Origin: Elephas maximus | Taxonomy: Eukaryota | DNA: 64,000 bases | NCBI RefSeq assembly: GCF_024166365.1 | Contig: NC_064841.1 | Span: forward strand, 46,631,680 to 46,695,679 | Reading direction: 5' to 3' | Part shown: positions 13,142-26,879 of the stretch, in pieces | Layout: each line of letters starts with the position of its first letter | How positions within the stretch are numbered: position 1 is the stretch's first letter | Notes under the pieces: generated by a model | Databases searched by the model: none | Told to the model about the DNA's origin: nothing | The model's input: the letters and a program-made list of their open reading frames with translations, nothing else | Position numbers and translations under genes: made by a program

Positions 13142-14771
13142 GAAGCAGAAGGATCATTGTTAATCAAAGCAAAACCAAAACAACCATTCTTAAAAAGAGG
13201 AGAAGGTTTAGCTAGATTTACTAATGCTAAAAATAAGTTTCAGAAAGTGAAAGAAAGTAAACTAGTCACTAATCAGAACACTTCAGAGGACCAACATCAG
13301 TTTAAAGTAGATAGACAACAATTCCAACGGAAAACTGCTCTTATAAATAAAGAACCATGTACAGAGAACTCTACTGTTAAAAAGAATAGTAGAGCTAGAA
13401 CCAAGAGTGGTTCTGTCACACATAATCAGAAGCCAAAACTGCTGAAGAGTAATAATAGAAAAAGTCTGTCTCCATTGGAATTGGATATACAGACAGGGAA
13501 GAAATGTGATGGGCAATTTAGAGACAAGATCAAATCAGAAAAAAAAGTTGAATCTAATAATAAAGAAAATGTACTAGAGTGTACAAAGCCTTGTGATACT
13601 GGTTGCAAAGTCTGGAATAAGACACGTGATAAAGAAAAACTTCCTCTTTTGACAGGGCTGGTGAACTGTATAGCTTCTAAGAGTCGTATAGGTGAAACTG
13701 CAAAAGAGTCAGAATCTTCTTTTGATGTTTCCCTTCAGAAAAAGTTAGAAAGTTGGGAACGAGAAAAGGAAAAGGAAAATTTGGAATTAGATGAATTTTT
13801 GTTTTTAGAACAAGCTGCTGATGAAATATCATTTTCTAGTAATTCCTCATTTGTACTGAAAATCTTAGAAAGGGATCAACAGATTTGCAAAGGTCACCGG
13901 ATGTCTTCCACCCCTGTCAAAGCTCTGCAACAGGAGAAGATGAATACGGTGTATCCTGTTAGTCATTGTAACCAAAATAAGAATCTTGACCATGTTGAAC
14001 ATGAAAATAAGAGTGAGTGTGAAGTCACACGCAAACAACATGATTCAGTGTCATCACCTACTGTATTGAGGGAACAATCTTGTAAAATTAGTAGGAAAGC
14101 ATTTCATATGAGCACTTCTGAAAATCAAACTAGATGGAATGCAGGCGATGAAGGTGTTAGGAACAGTGATAGTAGTACTGACTCTGAGGAACAACTTGAT
14201 ATTACCATAAAACCATCAACTGAAGACAAAGAAAGGTGTCTCAGCAGCACAGAAAATAGTCCAGAAGCCTCTGATGGTAAGAGGCTTTTCAGGGACACTG
14301 GGACTCAAGAAGAAGCTAAAAGTAGGGATATTGATCTAGATTTGTCTCGTAAGAACTGTCGTAGTGATGAGTCTATTATAATAGAAAGCTTGAAAAATAA
14401 GGTTTCTGAGTCCTCAAGAAAAACCTCATCCATAAGTATGAGTAGAATTGACTTTGATGATGAAAGAACTTGGTCTGACCTTGAAGAGAATTTATGTAAA
14501 CATGATGTCATTCTTGGGAATGAAGCTGTTTGCGCAACTCTTCAGACAAGATACCCTAATAAAAGTGAAATATGTGTACTAGACAAAACAATAAAAAGAA
14601 AGATTGCACCCATCAAGAAGGGAGAAGACTTAGTCAAATCCAGTGGGAGTGTAAGTCCTCCTACATCAGATCTTGTGATGAAATTTTTCCCTTCTCTGAA
14701 ACCAAAACCAAAGTCAGATTCACATTTGGGAAATGAACCCCAGTTAAACATAAGTCAAGACCAACCAGCTG
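13142..14771 (+). CDS. CENPJ: CENPJ large coding exon 6 (human exon 7), 1630 nt, phase 0 in, phase 1 out
   Basis: Acceptor ttttactttag|gaa. Encodes [30 protein letters not shown]…NISQDQPA(D) within the 550-aa track ORF 13157..14809. Donor g|GTAAGT at 14772; the ORF tail beyond it is intronic. Confidence 0.9.
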
Positions 14772-15145
14772 GTAAGTCAGAGCATTGTAAAATATGTATC
14801 AGAATATAGTAAATTCAATATTTTATCATGTTGTAAAAGAAAATGCTTAAAATCTTAAGCTTTCTAGTTGTTCAATAAAAATCAAATTAGTTGGTGATTT
14901 TTAAAAATTTCACCAATTTTGTGGATCTAAATAATGTAACAATCACTAGTATAAGAGATTCAGATGAATTAGGCTTTCAGATTTTTCACACTTAAGCCTG
15001 TGGCATAGGATTTCCAGGGCTTTACAATGAATTACTTTACAGTAAGATTATATAGCAAGATAACATTTAAGTTTCTTTTATAACCATGGAGTCCCTGACT
15101 TACAGTTTGTGTTATTTTGGGGTTGACCTTTGTGTGTGCACACTT

Positions 15146-18100
15146 TTTTTTAATTGCACTTTAGGTGAAAGTTTACAGTGCAAATTAGTTTCTCATTCAA
15201 AAATTTTGTAGAAAAATTGTTTTTTGACATTGGTTACAGCCTCTGCAATGTGTCAGCACATTCCGCCTTTTCACCCTGGGTTCCGTGTGTGCATTCGTCC
15301 AGTTTTCCTGTCTTTTTCTACCTTCTTGCCTTTGCTTTTGGGCAGGTGTTGCCCATTTTGTCTTCTATACTTTATGGAACAAAGAAGCACTTTCCTCACA
15401 TATGCTATTTATTCTATAGGTCTGTCTGATTTTTGGCTGAAAGGTGGACTTAGGGAGTGGCTTCAGTTTTGAGTTAGGGTGTTTGGGGGCCATAGTCTCA
15501 GGGGTTCCTCCAGTCTCTGTGAGACCAGTAAGTCTGGTGTTTTTTTTTTTTTTTTTTTGTGAATTTGAATTTTGTTCTACATTTTTCTTCTGCTCTGTCT
15601 GGGACCCTCTATTGTGATCTCTGTCAGAGTGGTCGGTTCTGGTAGCCAGGCACCATGTAGTTCTGGGCACAGGATGGTGAAGGTTGTGGTTCATGTGATC
15701 CATTTATCCTTTGGGCGAATATTTTTCTTGTGTCTTTGGTTTTTTTCATTCTCCTTTGCTGTGGGCAGGATAGGACCCATAGATGTATCTTAGATGGCCA
15801 CTTAGAAGTGTTTAAGCACCAGATGATACCGAAGTAGGATGTAGAACATTTTCTTTATGAGCTACATTATGCCAATTGAACTAGATGTCCACTGAGACAA
15901 TGGTCACCAGCCCTTAGCCCCAGTAACTCCGTCCCTCAAGGTGTTTGGATGTGTCTATGAAGCTTCTGTGACTTTGCCATGGTCAAGTTGTACTGACTTT
16001 CCGTATATTGTGCATTGCCTTTCCATTTACCAAAGTTAACAGTTCTCTACTATCTAGTCAGTGAGCTCCTTCCCCACCCCTCTGCTACCCTTCCTCATAG
16101 CCATCAAAGATTGTTTTTTTCTGTATGTGAACCATTTCTTGAGTTTCTATGATAGTGGTCTCATACAATATTTGTCCTTTTGTGATGAACTTATTATTTC
16201 TTTCAGCATAATGCCCTCCAGATTCATCCTTGCTGTGAGATGTTTTGAAGATTCATCGTTGTTCTTTATCGTTGGGTAGAATTCCATTGTGTGTACATAC
16301 CATAGCTTGTTTATCCATTCATCTGTTGATGGGTATTTGGGTTGTTTCCATCTTTTTGCTAGTGTGAATAATGCAGTTAACATGGGTGTGCATATGTCTG
16401 TTCATGTGATGGCTCTGGTTTCTCTAGGATATATTCCTAGGAGTGGGATTGCTGGACCATATAATATTTCTATTTTCTAGCTTTTTAAGGAGGCAGAATA
16501 TCTTACATTCTCGCCAGCAGTGCATAAGTGTTCCAGTCTCCGAGCAAGCTCTACAAAATATGTTAATTTCTGTTTTATAATGTCAGGGTGAGATTGGAGG
16601 TTTGATTTGCATTTCTCTAATGGCTGATGATCTCAAATGTTTCCTCATATGTCTGTTAGCTGCTTGTATGTCTTTGGTGAAGTATCTGTCCATGTCCTTT
16701 GCCCATTTTTAGTTCAATTATTTGTCTTTTTGTTGTTGAAATAGTGAAATATTACATAGATTTTAGAGATTAGACTCATGTAGGATATGTCATAACCAAC
16801 AATTTTTTCCCAGTCTGTAGGTTGCCTTTTTACTCTTTTGGTGATGTCTTTTGATGAGCATAAGTGTTTACTTTTTAGGAGCTCGTAGCTCTCTAGTTTC
16901 TCTTCTGGTGTTAGTTCATTGTTAGTTAGAGTTTGTATTGTATTTATGCCATGAATTAGGGCCTCTGGCTTTGTCCCTGTTTTTCTTACATGATCTTTGT
17001 ACATTTTATATTTAGGTCTTTGATCAATTTTGAGTTTCTGTGTATGGCATGAGGTATGAGCCCTGTTTCATTTTTTTACAGATGGCCATCTAGTTTTGCC
17101 AGCACCGTTTAAGTCTGTCTTTCCCCGTTTAATGGACTGGTCCTTTGTCAAGGATCAGCTGACCACAGGTGGATAGATTTATGTCTGGTTTCTTGCTTCT
17201 GTTCTGTTGGTCTATATGTCTGTCCTTGTAGTGGTACCAGGCTGTTTTGATTATATAGATATATAGTAGGTTCTGAGATCATGTAGTGTGAGGCCTCTTA
17301 ATTTGTTCTTTTTCCTTAGTAATGCTGTGCTTCTTGGGGACCTCTTTCCTTTCCATGTAAAGTTGGTGATAAGTTTTTCCATCTTGTTAAAAATGCTGTT
17401 GGTATTTAGATAGGGATTGCATTAATATCTGTAGATTGCTTTGGGTAGAATTGACATTTTCATGATGTTGAGTATTCCTTTCCACGAGCATGGTATGTTT
17501 TTCCATTTATGTAGGTCTCTTTTGGTTTCTTGCAGCAGCATTTTGTAGTTTTCTTTGTATAGGCTTTTTCCATCCCTGGTTAGATTTACTCCGAAGCGTT
17601 TTATCTTTTTAGGGGCTATTATAAATGGTATTGTTTTCCTGATTTCCTTTTCGAAGTTCTCTTTGTTGGTTTATAGGAATCCAACAGATTTTTGTATGTT
17701 GATCTTGTATCATGCTACCCTGCTGAATCTTTCTATTAGTTCTAGGAGTTTTTTGGTGGAGTCTTTTGGGTTCTGTTTGAATCCGCCAGGCACTCCTTGG
17801 AAACTCTATGAGGCAGGTCTACTCTGTTCTGTAGGGTCGCTGTGAGTCGGAATCGACTTGACGGCACTAGGTTTTTTTATGTATAGGATGATATCATCTG
17901 TGAGTAGGGATAGTTTTACTTCTACCTTCCCAATTTGGGTGCCTTTTATTTTCTTTGTCCTTATTGTTCTAGCTAGAACTTCCATTCCAGCACAATGTTA
18001 AATAGGGGTGGTGATAAAGCATCCTTGTCTTATTCCTATTCTCAGGGGGAATGCTTTCAGCCTCTCTCCTTTGAGAATAATTTCGGCAATTGGTTTTGTA

Positions 18101-19500
18101 TAGGTACCCTTTATCGTGTTGAAAAATTTTCCTTCTATTCATATTTTATTAAAGTTTTGTTTTTTTTTTTTTAATCGGGAATGGGTGTTGGACTTTATCA
18201 GATTCCCTTTCTGCATTGATAAAGATGATCAGGTGATTCTCTTCTTTTGTTCTATTTATGTGGTGGATTATTTTGATTAATTTTCTAATGTTGAACCATT
18301 CTTGCATACCTGGTATGAATCCCATTTGGTTGTGATATATTATTTTTTGGATGTGATGCTAAATTTTATTGGTTAGAATTCTGTTGAGAATTTTTGCATC
18401 TGTATTCATGAGATGCATTTTTTTTTTGTGGTGTCTTTGCCTGGTTTTGGTATCAAGGTTATGCTGGCTTCATAGAATGAATTTGGGAGTATCACTTCTT
18501 TTTCCATGCTCTGGATATTTTGAATATTACTGGCATGAGCTCTTGCCTGAAGTTTGGTAGAATTCTCCAGTAAAGCTGCCTGGGCGAGGACTTTTTTTGT
18601 TGGAAGTTTTTTTTTGGTTTTTAATTTATTGGCTCTTTAATCTCTTCTTTTGTTTTTGGTCTGTTCAGATTTTCTATCTCAGTTTGCATTAGTTTAGGTA
18701 GGTAGTATGTTTCTAGAAATGTGTCCATTTCCTCTAGGGTCTCAAATTTGAAGTACAGTTTTTTATAGTACTCTGTTAGAATTCTTTTATTTCAGTTGGG
18801 TCTCTTGTAATGTGTCCCATCTCATTTCTTAATTGGGTTATTTGCTTCTTCTCCTGTTTTTCTCTTGTAAGTTTGGCCAGTGGTTTGTTAAGCTCGTTGG
18901 TCTTTTCAGAGGACCCAACGCTTGGTCTTGTTGAATCATACTGTTTGTTTTTCTGCTTTCTAGTTCATTAATTTCTGCTCTAATCTTTGCCTGTGAGCCT
19001 CTTTTTTTTTTTTTTTTAATTTTGTGAACCTCTTTTGCTGTTCTATCTCTGTTTGAGTTGAAGGGTTAACGTTTTTAATTTTTGCTCATTTTTCTTTTTC
19101 GATGTATGTGTTTATTGCTATAAATTGACTCTGAGTGCTGCCTTTGCTGTGTCCCAAAGGTTTTGGTACAGTGTGTTTTCATTTTCATTTGATTTCAGGA
19201 ATTTTTTTTTCATTCTCTCTTTGATTTCTTCTCTTACCCAGTTGTTTTTAAGCAAGGCATGAATGAGTTTCCATGTATTTGATTTTTTAGCCTTGCTCTT
19301 CCTGTTACTAATTTGATGGCGTTTTGATCAGACGAGATGCTTTGTATTATTTCGATGTTATAGATTTTATTGAGAATGATTTGTGGCCTAAAATGTGGTC
19401 TGTTCTGGAGAATGTTCTGTGTGCTTTGGAAGAGAATGTATTCTTTGCTGCTGTTGTTTGGAATGTTCTGTATATGTCTATGAGGTCAAGTTGGTTGATT
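15146..19500 (-). mobile_element. LINE-1 (antisense), 3'UTR at ~15146-16000 followed by an ORF2-derived body
   Basis: Poly-T at the left end and an internal T-run at 15541. Minus ORFs 16147..16383 (…KRWKQPKYPSTDEWINKLWYVHTMEFY…) and 16714..17004 (…KRQPTDWEKI…KKTNN) are L1 ORF2-like. Plus-strand …GYIPRSGIAG… is the antisense reading of the AIPLLGIYPK motif. Confidence 0.8.
17780..17877 (+). mobile_element. 3' fragment of an AfroSINE-like SINE nested in the L1
   Basis: …ccttggaaactctatgaggcaggtctactctgttctgtagggtcgctgtgagtcggaatcgacttgacggcactagg. Confidence 0.6.
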
Positions 19501-19504
19501 TTTT

Positions 19505-22500
19505 TTTTTAGTAATTTTTATTGTGCTTTAAGTGAAAGTTTACAAATCAAGTCAGTCTCCCACACAAAAACTTAAATACACCTTGCTACATACTCCAAGA
19601 TACTCTCCCCCTAATGAGACAGCCCGCTCTCTCCCTCTACTCTCTCTTTTCATGTCCATTTCACCAGCTTCTAACCCCCTCTACCCTCTTATCTCCCCTC
19701 CAGGCAGGAGATGCCGACATAGTCTCAAGTGTGCACTTGATCCAAGAACCTCACTCCTCACCAGCATCCCTCTCAAACCCATTGTCGAGTCCAATCCATG
19801 TCTGAAGAGTTGGCTTTGGGAACGGTTCCTGTCTTGCGCCAACAGAAGGTCTGGGGGCCATGACCACTGGGGTCCTTCTAGTCTCAGTCAGATCATTAAG
19901 TCTGGTCTTTTTATGAGAATTTGGGGTCTGCATCCCACTGTTCTCCTGCTGCCTCGGGGGTTCTCTGTTGTATTCCCTGTCAGGGCAGTCATCGGTTGTA
20001 GCCGGGCACCATCTAGTTCTTCTGGTTTCTGGCTGACGTAGTGTCTGGTTCATGTGGCCCTTTCTGTCTCTTGGGCTGGTAATTGCCTTGTGTCCTTGGT
20101 GTTCTTCATTCTCCTTTGATGCAGGTGGGTTGAGACCAATTGATGCATCTTAGATGGCTGGTTGCTAGCGTTTAAGAGCCCAGACACCACTCTTCAAAGT
20201 GGGATGCAAAATGTTTTCTTAATAGATTTTATTATGCCAGTTGACTTAGATGTCCCCTGAAACCATAGTCCCCAAACCTCTGCCCCTGCTACACTGGCCT
20301 TCGAAGCATTCAGTTTATTCAGGAAACTGCTTTTGGTTTAGTCCAGTTGTGCTGACCTCTCTCGTATTGTGTGTTGTCTTTCCCTTCACCTAAAGTACTT
20401 CTTATCTACTATCTAATTAGTGAATGTCCCTCTCCCACCCTCCCTTCCTCCACCTTCTCATAACCACAAAAGAATGTTTTCTTCTCAGTTTCAAGTATTT
20501 CTCAAGTTCTTATAATAGTGGTCTTATACAATGTTTGTTCTTTTGCAACTGACTAATTTCACTCAGTATAATGCCCTCCAGGTTCCTCCGTGTTATGAAA
20601 TGTTTCACAGATTCCTCAGTGTTCTTTATTGATGTGTAGTATTCCATTGTGTGAATATACCATAATTTAGTTATCCTTTCATCCATTGATGGGCATCTTG
20701 GTTGCTTTCATCTTTTTGCTGCTGTAAACAGTGCTGCAGTAAACATGGATGTGCATATATCTGTTCATGCAAAGGCTCTTATTTCTCTAGGATATATTCC
20801 GAGGAGTGGGATTGCTAGATCGTATGATAGTTCTATTTCTAGCTTTTTAAGGAAGTGCCAAATGGATTTCCAAAGTGGTTTTATCATTTTACATTCCCAC
20901 CAGCAGTGTAGAAGTGTTCCAATCTCTCCACAGCCTCTCCAACATTTATTTTGTGTTTTCGCATTAATGCCAGCCTTGTTGGAGTGAGATGAAATCTCAT
21001 TGTACTTTTGATCAGCATTTATCTAATGGGGAATGATCGTGAACATTTCCTCATGAATCTGTTAGCTCCCTGAATGTCTTCTTTAATGAAGTGTCTATTC
21101 ATATCTTTTGCCCATTTTTTAATTGGGATATTTGTATTTTTGTAGTTGAGTTTTTGCAGTTATCATGTAGGTTTTAGAGATCAGGCGCTGATGGGAAATG
21201 TCATAGCAAAAAATTTTTCCCAGTCTGTAGGTAGTCTTTTTATTGTTTCGGTGAAGTCTTTGGATGAGCATAGGTGTTCGATTTTTAGGAGCTCCCAGTT
21301 ATCTAGTTTTTCTTCTGCATTCTTAATAATGTTTTGTATACTGTTTATGCCATCCATATATTAGGGCTCCTAACATTGTCCCTATTTTTTCTTCCATGAG
21401 CTTTATTGTTTTAGATTTTGTATTTAGATCTTTGATCCATTTTGAGCTTGTTTTTGTGCATGGAGTGAGGTATGGGTCTTGTTTTATTTTTTTGCAGATG
21501 GATATCCAGTTATGCTAGCACCATTTGTTAAAAAGACTGCCTTTTCCCCATTTAACTGTTTGGGGCCTTTGTCAAATATCAGCTGCTCATATGTGGGTGG
21601 ATTTATGCCTGGATTCTCAATTCTGTTCCATTGGTCCATGTATCCATTGTTGTACCAGTACCAGGCTGTTTTGACTACTGTGGCGGTATAATAGGTTCTA
21701 AAATCAGGTAAAGTAAGGCCTCCCACTTTGTTCTTTTTTTTCAGTAATGCCGTATTTATCTGGGGCAGTTGGTTGATTTGGACCTTTAGGCCTTCTGTAT
21801 CATTGTTGAGTTTCTATCTAGATACTCTGTCCTTTACCAAGAGTAGTATGTTGAAGCCTCCTACTTTTATTTGTGGAACTGTCTCATTTCCCTTTTCACT
21901 GCTGTTATAGCTTGTTTTATGTATTTTGGAGCCTTGTTGTTGGGTATGTAGATATTTATTAAAGTTATGTCTTCTTGTTGGATTGTTCCTTTAATCATAT
22001 AATATCCTTTTTGTGGTGAATTTTGTCTTAGAAGTCTTTCATCTGAGATTAGTATTGTCAGTACTGCTGTTTTTTGGTTACTGTTTGCTTGATAAGTTTT
22101 TCTCCATCCTTTGATTTTTAATATATTTATGTCTTTGTGTCTAAGGTATGTCTCTTGTGGACAGCATATTGATGGTTTGTGTTTTTTTAAATCAGTTCTG
22201 CTGCTCTTGGTCTCTTTATGGGTGCATTTAAATTATTTACATTCAGTGTGATTATCGATAAAAAAATAGGTATGAGTTTATCGCTGTCCTATTGTGCCTT
22301 CTTTTTTTTTTGTGGTGCTGACTTTTTTTGTTCCTCTTTCTTCCCTGTACTGAAGTCCTTTTGTTTGTGGGTTTTCTTTTAGTTTCTTTCATTATTATAG
22401 ATTTTGTGTTTACTGAGTCTTAATGCTTTTCTTTTTACTTTGATGAATAGATTTGTTAGCTTTCTTTGTGATTTCCTTGAAATTAACCTTTATCTTCCTA

Positions 22501-24600
22501 AGTTTGGACCAGTCCTTTATTAATATTTCCTTGACTTTCTCTCCGTTTGAAAGTTCTACACCTACCCTTTTTATTCCCCCTTTTATTCTTTTGACATTGT
22601 CATTTACAGATTGATGTCTCTGTTTCCCTGTTTTAAGTCTTTTAGCTTTGTTTTGTTATTGAGAGCTCTTTACCAAGGTTGGTATCTCGCTGATGCTGTC
22701 CTGTGGTCCTAGACTCTGGTTGTTGTCTGATGTTGTTGGTTCTCTAACTAAAGGACTCACTTTAGTATTTCTTATATGTTTGATTTAGTTTTTATGAATT
22801 CCCATAACTTTGTTTATCTGGAAATGTCCTAATTTCACCATAGTATTTGAGAGAGATTTGCAGGATATATTATTCTTGGTTGATAGTTGTTTTCTTTCAA
22901 GGTTTTATGTATGTCATCTCATTGCCTACTTGCCTATAGTTTCTGTCAGGTAATCAGAACTTAGTTTTATTGTCTTCCCCCTTTGTAAGTGACTTTTTAT
23001 TTTTCTGTAGCTGCTCTCTGTATTTCTTCTTTGTTTTTGGTTTTGGCAGGTATGATTATATGTCTTGGTTACATTCTTTTGGGGTCTATCCTATGTGGGG
23101 TTTGTTGAGCATCTTGGACGGTCAGCCTTTCATCCTTCATATTTGGGATGTTTTCTGCCAGCAAATCTTCAGCATTCTTCTCTGCATTTTCCATTTTTTA
23201 CTCCTGTTCTGGAACCTGATCACGTGCAGATAATTTCCTCTTGATTGTGTCCCACATAATTTTTAGGTTTTCTTCATTCTTTTCCCAGCAAAGTGGCATT
23301 CGTAGATTTGTCTTCAATCTTGCTGATTCATTTTCCATTGTTTCAGATTTGCCCCAAAACCTTCTAGTGTATTGTCCATTACTGAAATTTTGTTGTTTAT
23401 CTCTTGAATTTCTAGTTGCAGATTTTATATGATTTCTAATTATTTATTCATTTTGATGTTTTGTTCTTCTGTTTTATTTTCCTGAAGTCTTCTATGCTTT
23501 CCTGTGTTTTCATTGGTTTTGTTTGTATTATGCGTGTTTTATCTATTTTTCCCTTGGTTTTGTCTTCGTTTTTCTAGAACTCTATCGTAATCTCTAAGAG
23601 GAGAGCCCTAAATATTAGTCTTTTAAAATCCACATCAGGTACTTCCTTTGCCATCTATCGAATGATTATCTTGTTCTTTATTTTTGGTCACTTGTTGGTG
23701 CTCTCTTGCTCTGCTTTTTTGTGTTCTGATGTTGTCTGGTTTCTACGAAATATTAACATATTATCTTTCTTATTGATTATATGTTTCTTTTGTTCTGATT
23801 TTTTGTTTTGTCCTGATATGTCCTGGTGCACAGACTAGGTGTGCTTTGCTGCTTGCTCATCTGTGGGCATGATAGATTTTACCACCTTATCTGGGTGGGC
23901 AGGGCAGCAGCAGATCAGGCAAGCTTGCTTTGCTATACAGTGATTTGGAGAGGTGGCTGAGGGTAGACAGTGCAGGTGCTGTCAGCCTCCTGATATTGGT
24001 CCAGCTGTGTGGAAGTGTTCACAGCCCCTCGCAGATGGGTGGGGTTGTCAGATGGGGAGTGTATGGGCTCACTTCCCAACTTTGGCAGCTGGTCAAGTGG
24101 TGGGAGAAGGAGGGGCAGTGTGAGCCTGATGTGGTGAGCTGAGCCCTGGAGTCTGGCAGAAATGGGAGGAGGTGGCATATGGCTCTAGGTGGGAGAGAGG
24201 AAGAAAAGAAGGAAAGGAAAGAAAAGAAAAAGAAAAAAGAAAAACAATGGTAGCATGTTGGGGGGTGGCATGGGTTGGTGGGGTGGACTCGGCAGCAGTG
24301 GGCCAGTGCACTAGTGGCACTCTATTCGCAGTGGCACTGTGGGGGCTGATGGGAAGCAGGGAGGTAGCATAGGGGATAGATGGGAGGGAGAAAGAAAAAG
24401 AGAAAAAAAATTGGAATGCAGTGGAGGCTGTCAGGTGGGCTGGGACAGATCCAGGGCCCAGTGGGAAATTTGGGCTTAGTGGGAGGGAGAAAGAAAAGAA
24501 AGAAAAAATGGCTGTGCAGTGGGAGCCAGCAGGTGGAGGCTCCTCGTTCTCTGTTTTCTGTTAATTTCTTTTTCCATTAGGTGTTTATCTAGTTCTGATG
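19505..24600 (-). mobile_element. Second LINE-1 (antisense), directly adjacent to the first: 3'UTR ~19505-20300, ORF2 fragments, ORF1/ORF2-junction region ~22400-23700, purine-rich 5'UTR ~23800-24600
   Basis: Minus ORF 21484..21726 (…[22 protein letters not shown]…LIFDKG…) is L1 ORF2-like. Plus ORF 20745..20987 is the antisense reading of the ORF2 C-terminus. Poly-T at 19505-19515. Confidence 0.8.
24190..24515. repeat. Purine-rich (GAA/GGA-type) low-complexity tracts inside the L1 5' region
   Basis: ggaagaaaagaaggaaaggaaagaaaagaaaaagaaaaaag and similar blocks at ~24198, ~24380 and ~24486. Confidence 0.7.
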
Positions 24601-24956
24601 GCATTTTTTTTTTTTTTTTTTTAACCCTTTAATTTGATCCTCAGGTTTCCAGGATTGACATTTGTATTGTGGTACTTAGTGTTTTTTGTATCTTTGCTGC
24701 AGAGGGCGGAATGGTGCATCTGTTTAGGGTGCCATGTTGACTCTGCCTCCTGCATACTTTTTTTATGATGATTTTTTAAATTAAAATTTTACTTTCCTGT
24801 TCATTAACTTGTGAAGCATGACCATGAGGAGAATATAGTAAAAGTGAGTTTCCTCCCTTCCCCAGACCTTGGGACCCAGGCCCTTTCTTAGAGATGCCAC
24901 CATTACCATTTTATTTGTGTATCTTAAAAATATCCCATGTATATAAAAACATTACT

Positions 24957-24974
24957 CTGTGTGTGTGTGTGTAT
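24957..24974. repeat. (TG)n microsatellite
   Basis: tgtgtgtgtgtgtgtata. Confidence 0.85.
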
Positions 24975-26159
24975 ATAGTCTTCCCCTTTTCTGCACAAAT
25001 GAAAGCATGCTTTTATATACTGCTCTGCACCTTGCTTATGATCAAGTATGAAGGATTCAGTTGATGTTGAAAAGTCCCTTTCCATTATATTATTATATGT
25101 ACTGAATGCTTAGCTGAGCATAGGTGTCTTAAAATACAAATTTACAGCTTAAGCTTTTTTTTAAGTATTAATTTTAAAAGTAATACTCTTTGCAGGAAGT
25201 TTTAAAGCTTAAAAAAGTATTGAAGCAAAATTGTATATAATTATTTTCTATCCGGAGGTAACTAGTATACATTTTGGGATATTTCTTTTCAGTCATTTTT
25301 CCTATGTATTTTTGATATGATAGAGATATATGTTATAACATGCCTCCTTCTTTTTGACCAAGTATTTTATATGCATTACCCATGTTTTTAAAACTTTGTG
25401 AACTTTAAAAATGGTTGCAGAGCACGTCCTTGTATGAATATAGTATAATTTATATTTATAGTTTCCTTAATGATGGACACCTAAATTGTTTTTTACTGTT
25501 AGAAATAATGCTGCAGTACGTATTTTTGTGCAAAACTATTTTGTATGATTTTGCATGTTTATTCTTAACTGGAATTTTAGAAGTAAAATAACTGGGTCAA
25601 AGGGTAGATAAGTGTGTTTTAACCTCATGATATATATAAAATTTTTTTTCCCGAAAGGATAGTACCAGCAGATAAAACACTTGTTTCAGTTGAAGGATAC
25701 AAGTATTAGCTGTTTTATTTTTTTAAAAAGGTCAATTTGATAGGGGGAAAAATCTTAATATGCATTTCTTTGATTAGTAATGGTGGGGTGAGTTTTCTTT
25801 TTGATGGTGATTAGCCCTTTAGATCTCTTGTGAATTACTTCATGTTCTTAAGCTATTTATATATATTGGTCTTTTTAAAAAAATTTATTTGAATGAAGTT
25901 TTTTTTATATATAATATTAACTCATCAGATTCATAATCTTTTACAGTTGAAAAAGTTAATTCTTTCTTAAATTTAGACTGATTTCCTCTGGAACTTAGGC
26001 CAATTAAAATTTTTTTTCTTGTTTTATTTGAAGCATGGTTTCTTTTCCATTTTAATGGCACATATGTTTACCATATTCTTGGTTCTTAGTGTTAATCGCT
26101 AATGTGTTTGCTACCAGAAGGCCTTTTGTGAAGCACAATATTTATGGCCTGTTTTATAG

Positions 26160-26292
26160 ATAACAGTGCTCGGTCCCAGATTTTGAGAGAGAAAGTTATT
26201 GAATTGGAAACAGAAATAGAAAAATTCAAAGATGAGAACACGTCTTTAGCTAAACTTCGCAATGAAAGAGAAAGTGCTTTGGAAAAACTCAG
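26160..26292 (+). CDS. CENPJ: CENPJ coding exon 7, phase 1 in, phase 2 out
   Basis: Acceptor gttttatag|at. Encodes (D)[43 protein letters not shown](R). Donor cag|GTAAGT. Confidence 0.88.
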
Positions 26293-26380
26293 GTAAGTTT
26301 GCATCTGTAAGTCAGAAAAAAGTATATAGTGATGCAATTGAAAATATTTCTCATTAATCCAAGAAATATAAATGAAAAGA

Positions 26381-26531
26381 AGGTGGCACAACCAAAAGGT
26401 CAGCAGTTCAAATCCACGAGCCATGCCTTGGAAACTCTGTGGGATAGTTCTGCTCTGCCCTCTAAAGTCGCACTGAGTCAGAATCAGCTTGATGGCAATG
26501 GATTAATGGGTTGATTTTTTTTTTTTTTTAA
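26381..26531 (+). mobile_element. 5'-truncated AfroSINE-like SINE followed by a T-run
   Basis: gtggcacaaccaaaaggtcagcagttcaaatccacgagcc…ctctgtgggatagttctgctctgccctctaaagtcgcactgagtcagaatcagcttgatggcaatgg. Confidence 0.65.
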
Positions 26532-26879
26532 ATGACCCAGTGTGGTCAAAGACATATTAAAAGGGGAATTCTCTTAGTGGTAAGGTTGTAAATTGTAACT
26601 TGAAAAGCAATTTGGAACCATGAATTCAAGTGCTATAAATCAAGTACTGTCTTGGCCAGCAATATGGTAAATGTGGTATTCCACTCTATGTCATGCCCTA
26701 ACTTGATCTTATTGGGTAACAAAACCTGAACTGGACTTATATGAGCCTATTTATATAGTTCTCCTCTCCCTCCACTTATTGTGAATAGTCACATATTTTG
26801 TTGCAGAAATACTAATGCTTTTGATTTCAGATTGTTGCCCTGGACCTTGCTGGGGATATTTTATGGTATTTAGTATACA

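Noticed and set aside
13283-14751. Antisense and overlapping small ORFs inside the large CENPJ exon (13283..13516-, 13426..13608-, 14305..14511-, 14542..14751-)
   Set aside because: They are 60-77 aa, low-complexity, and sit on the opposite strand of a well-supported coding exon. They are expected by chance.
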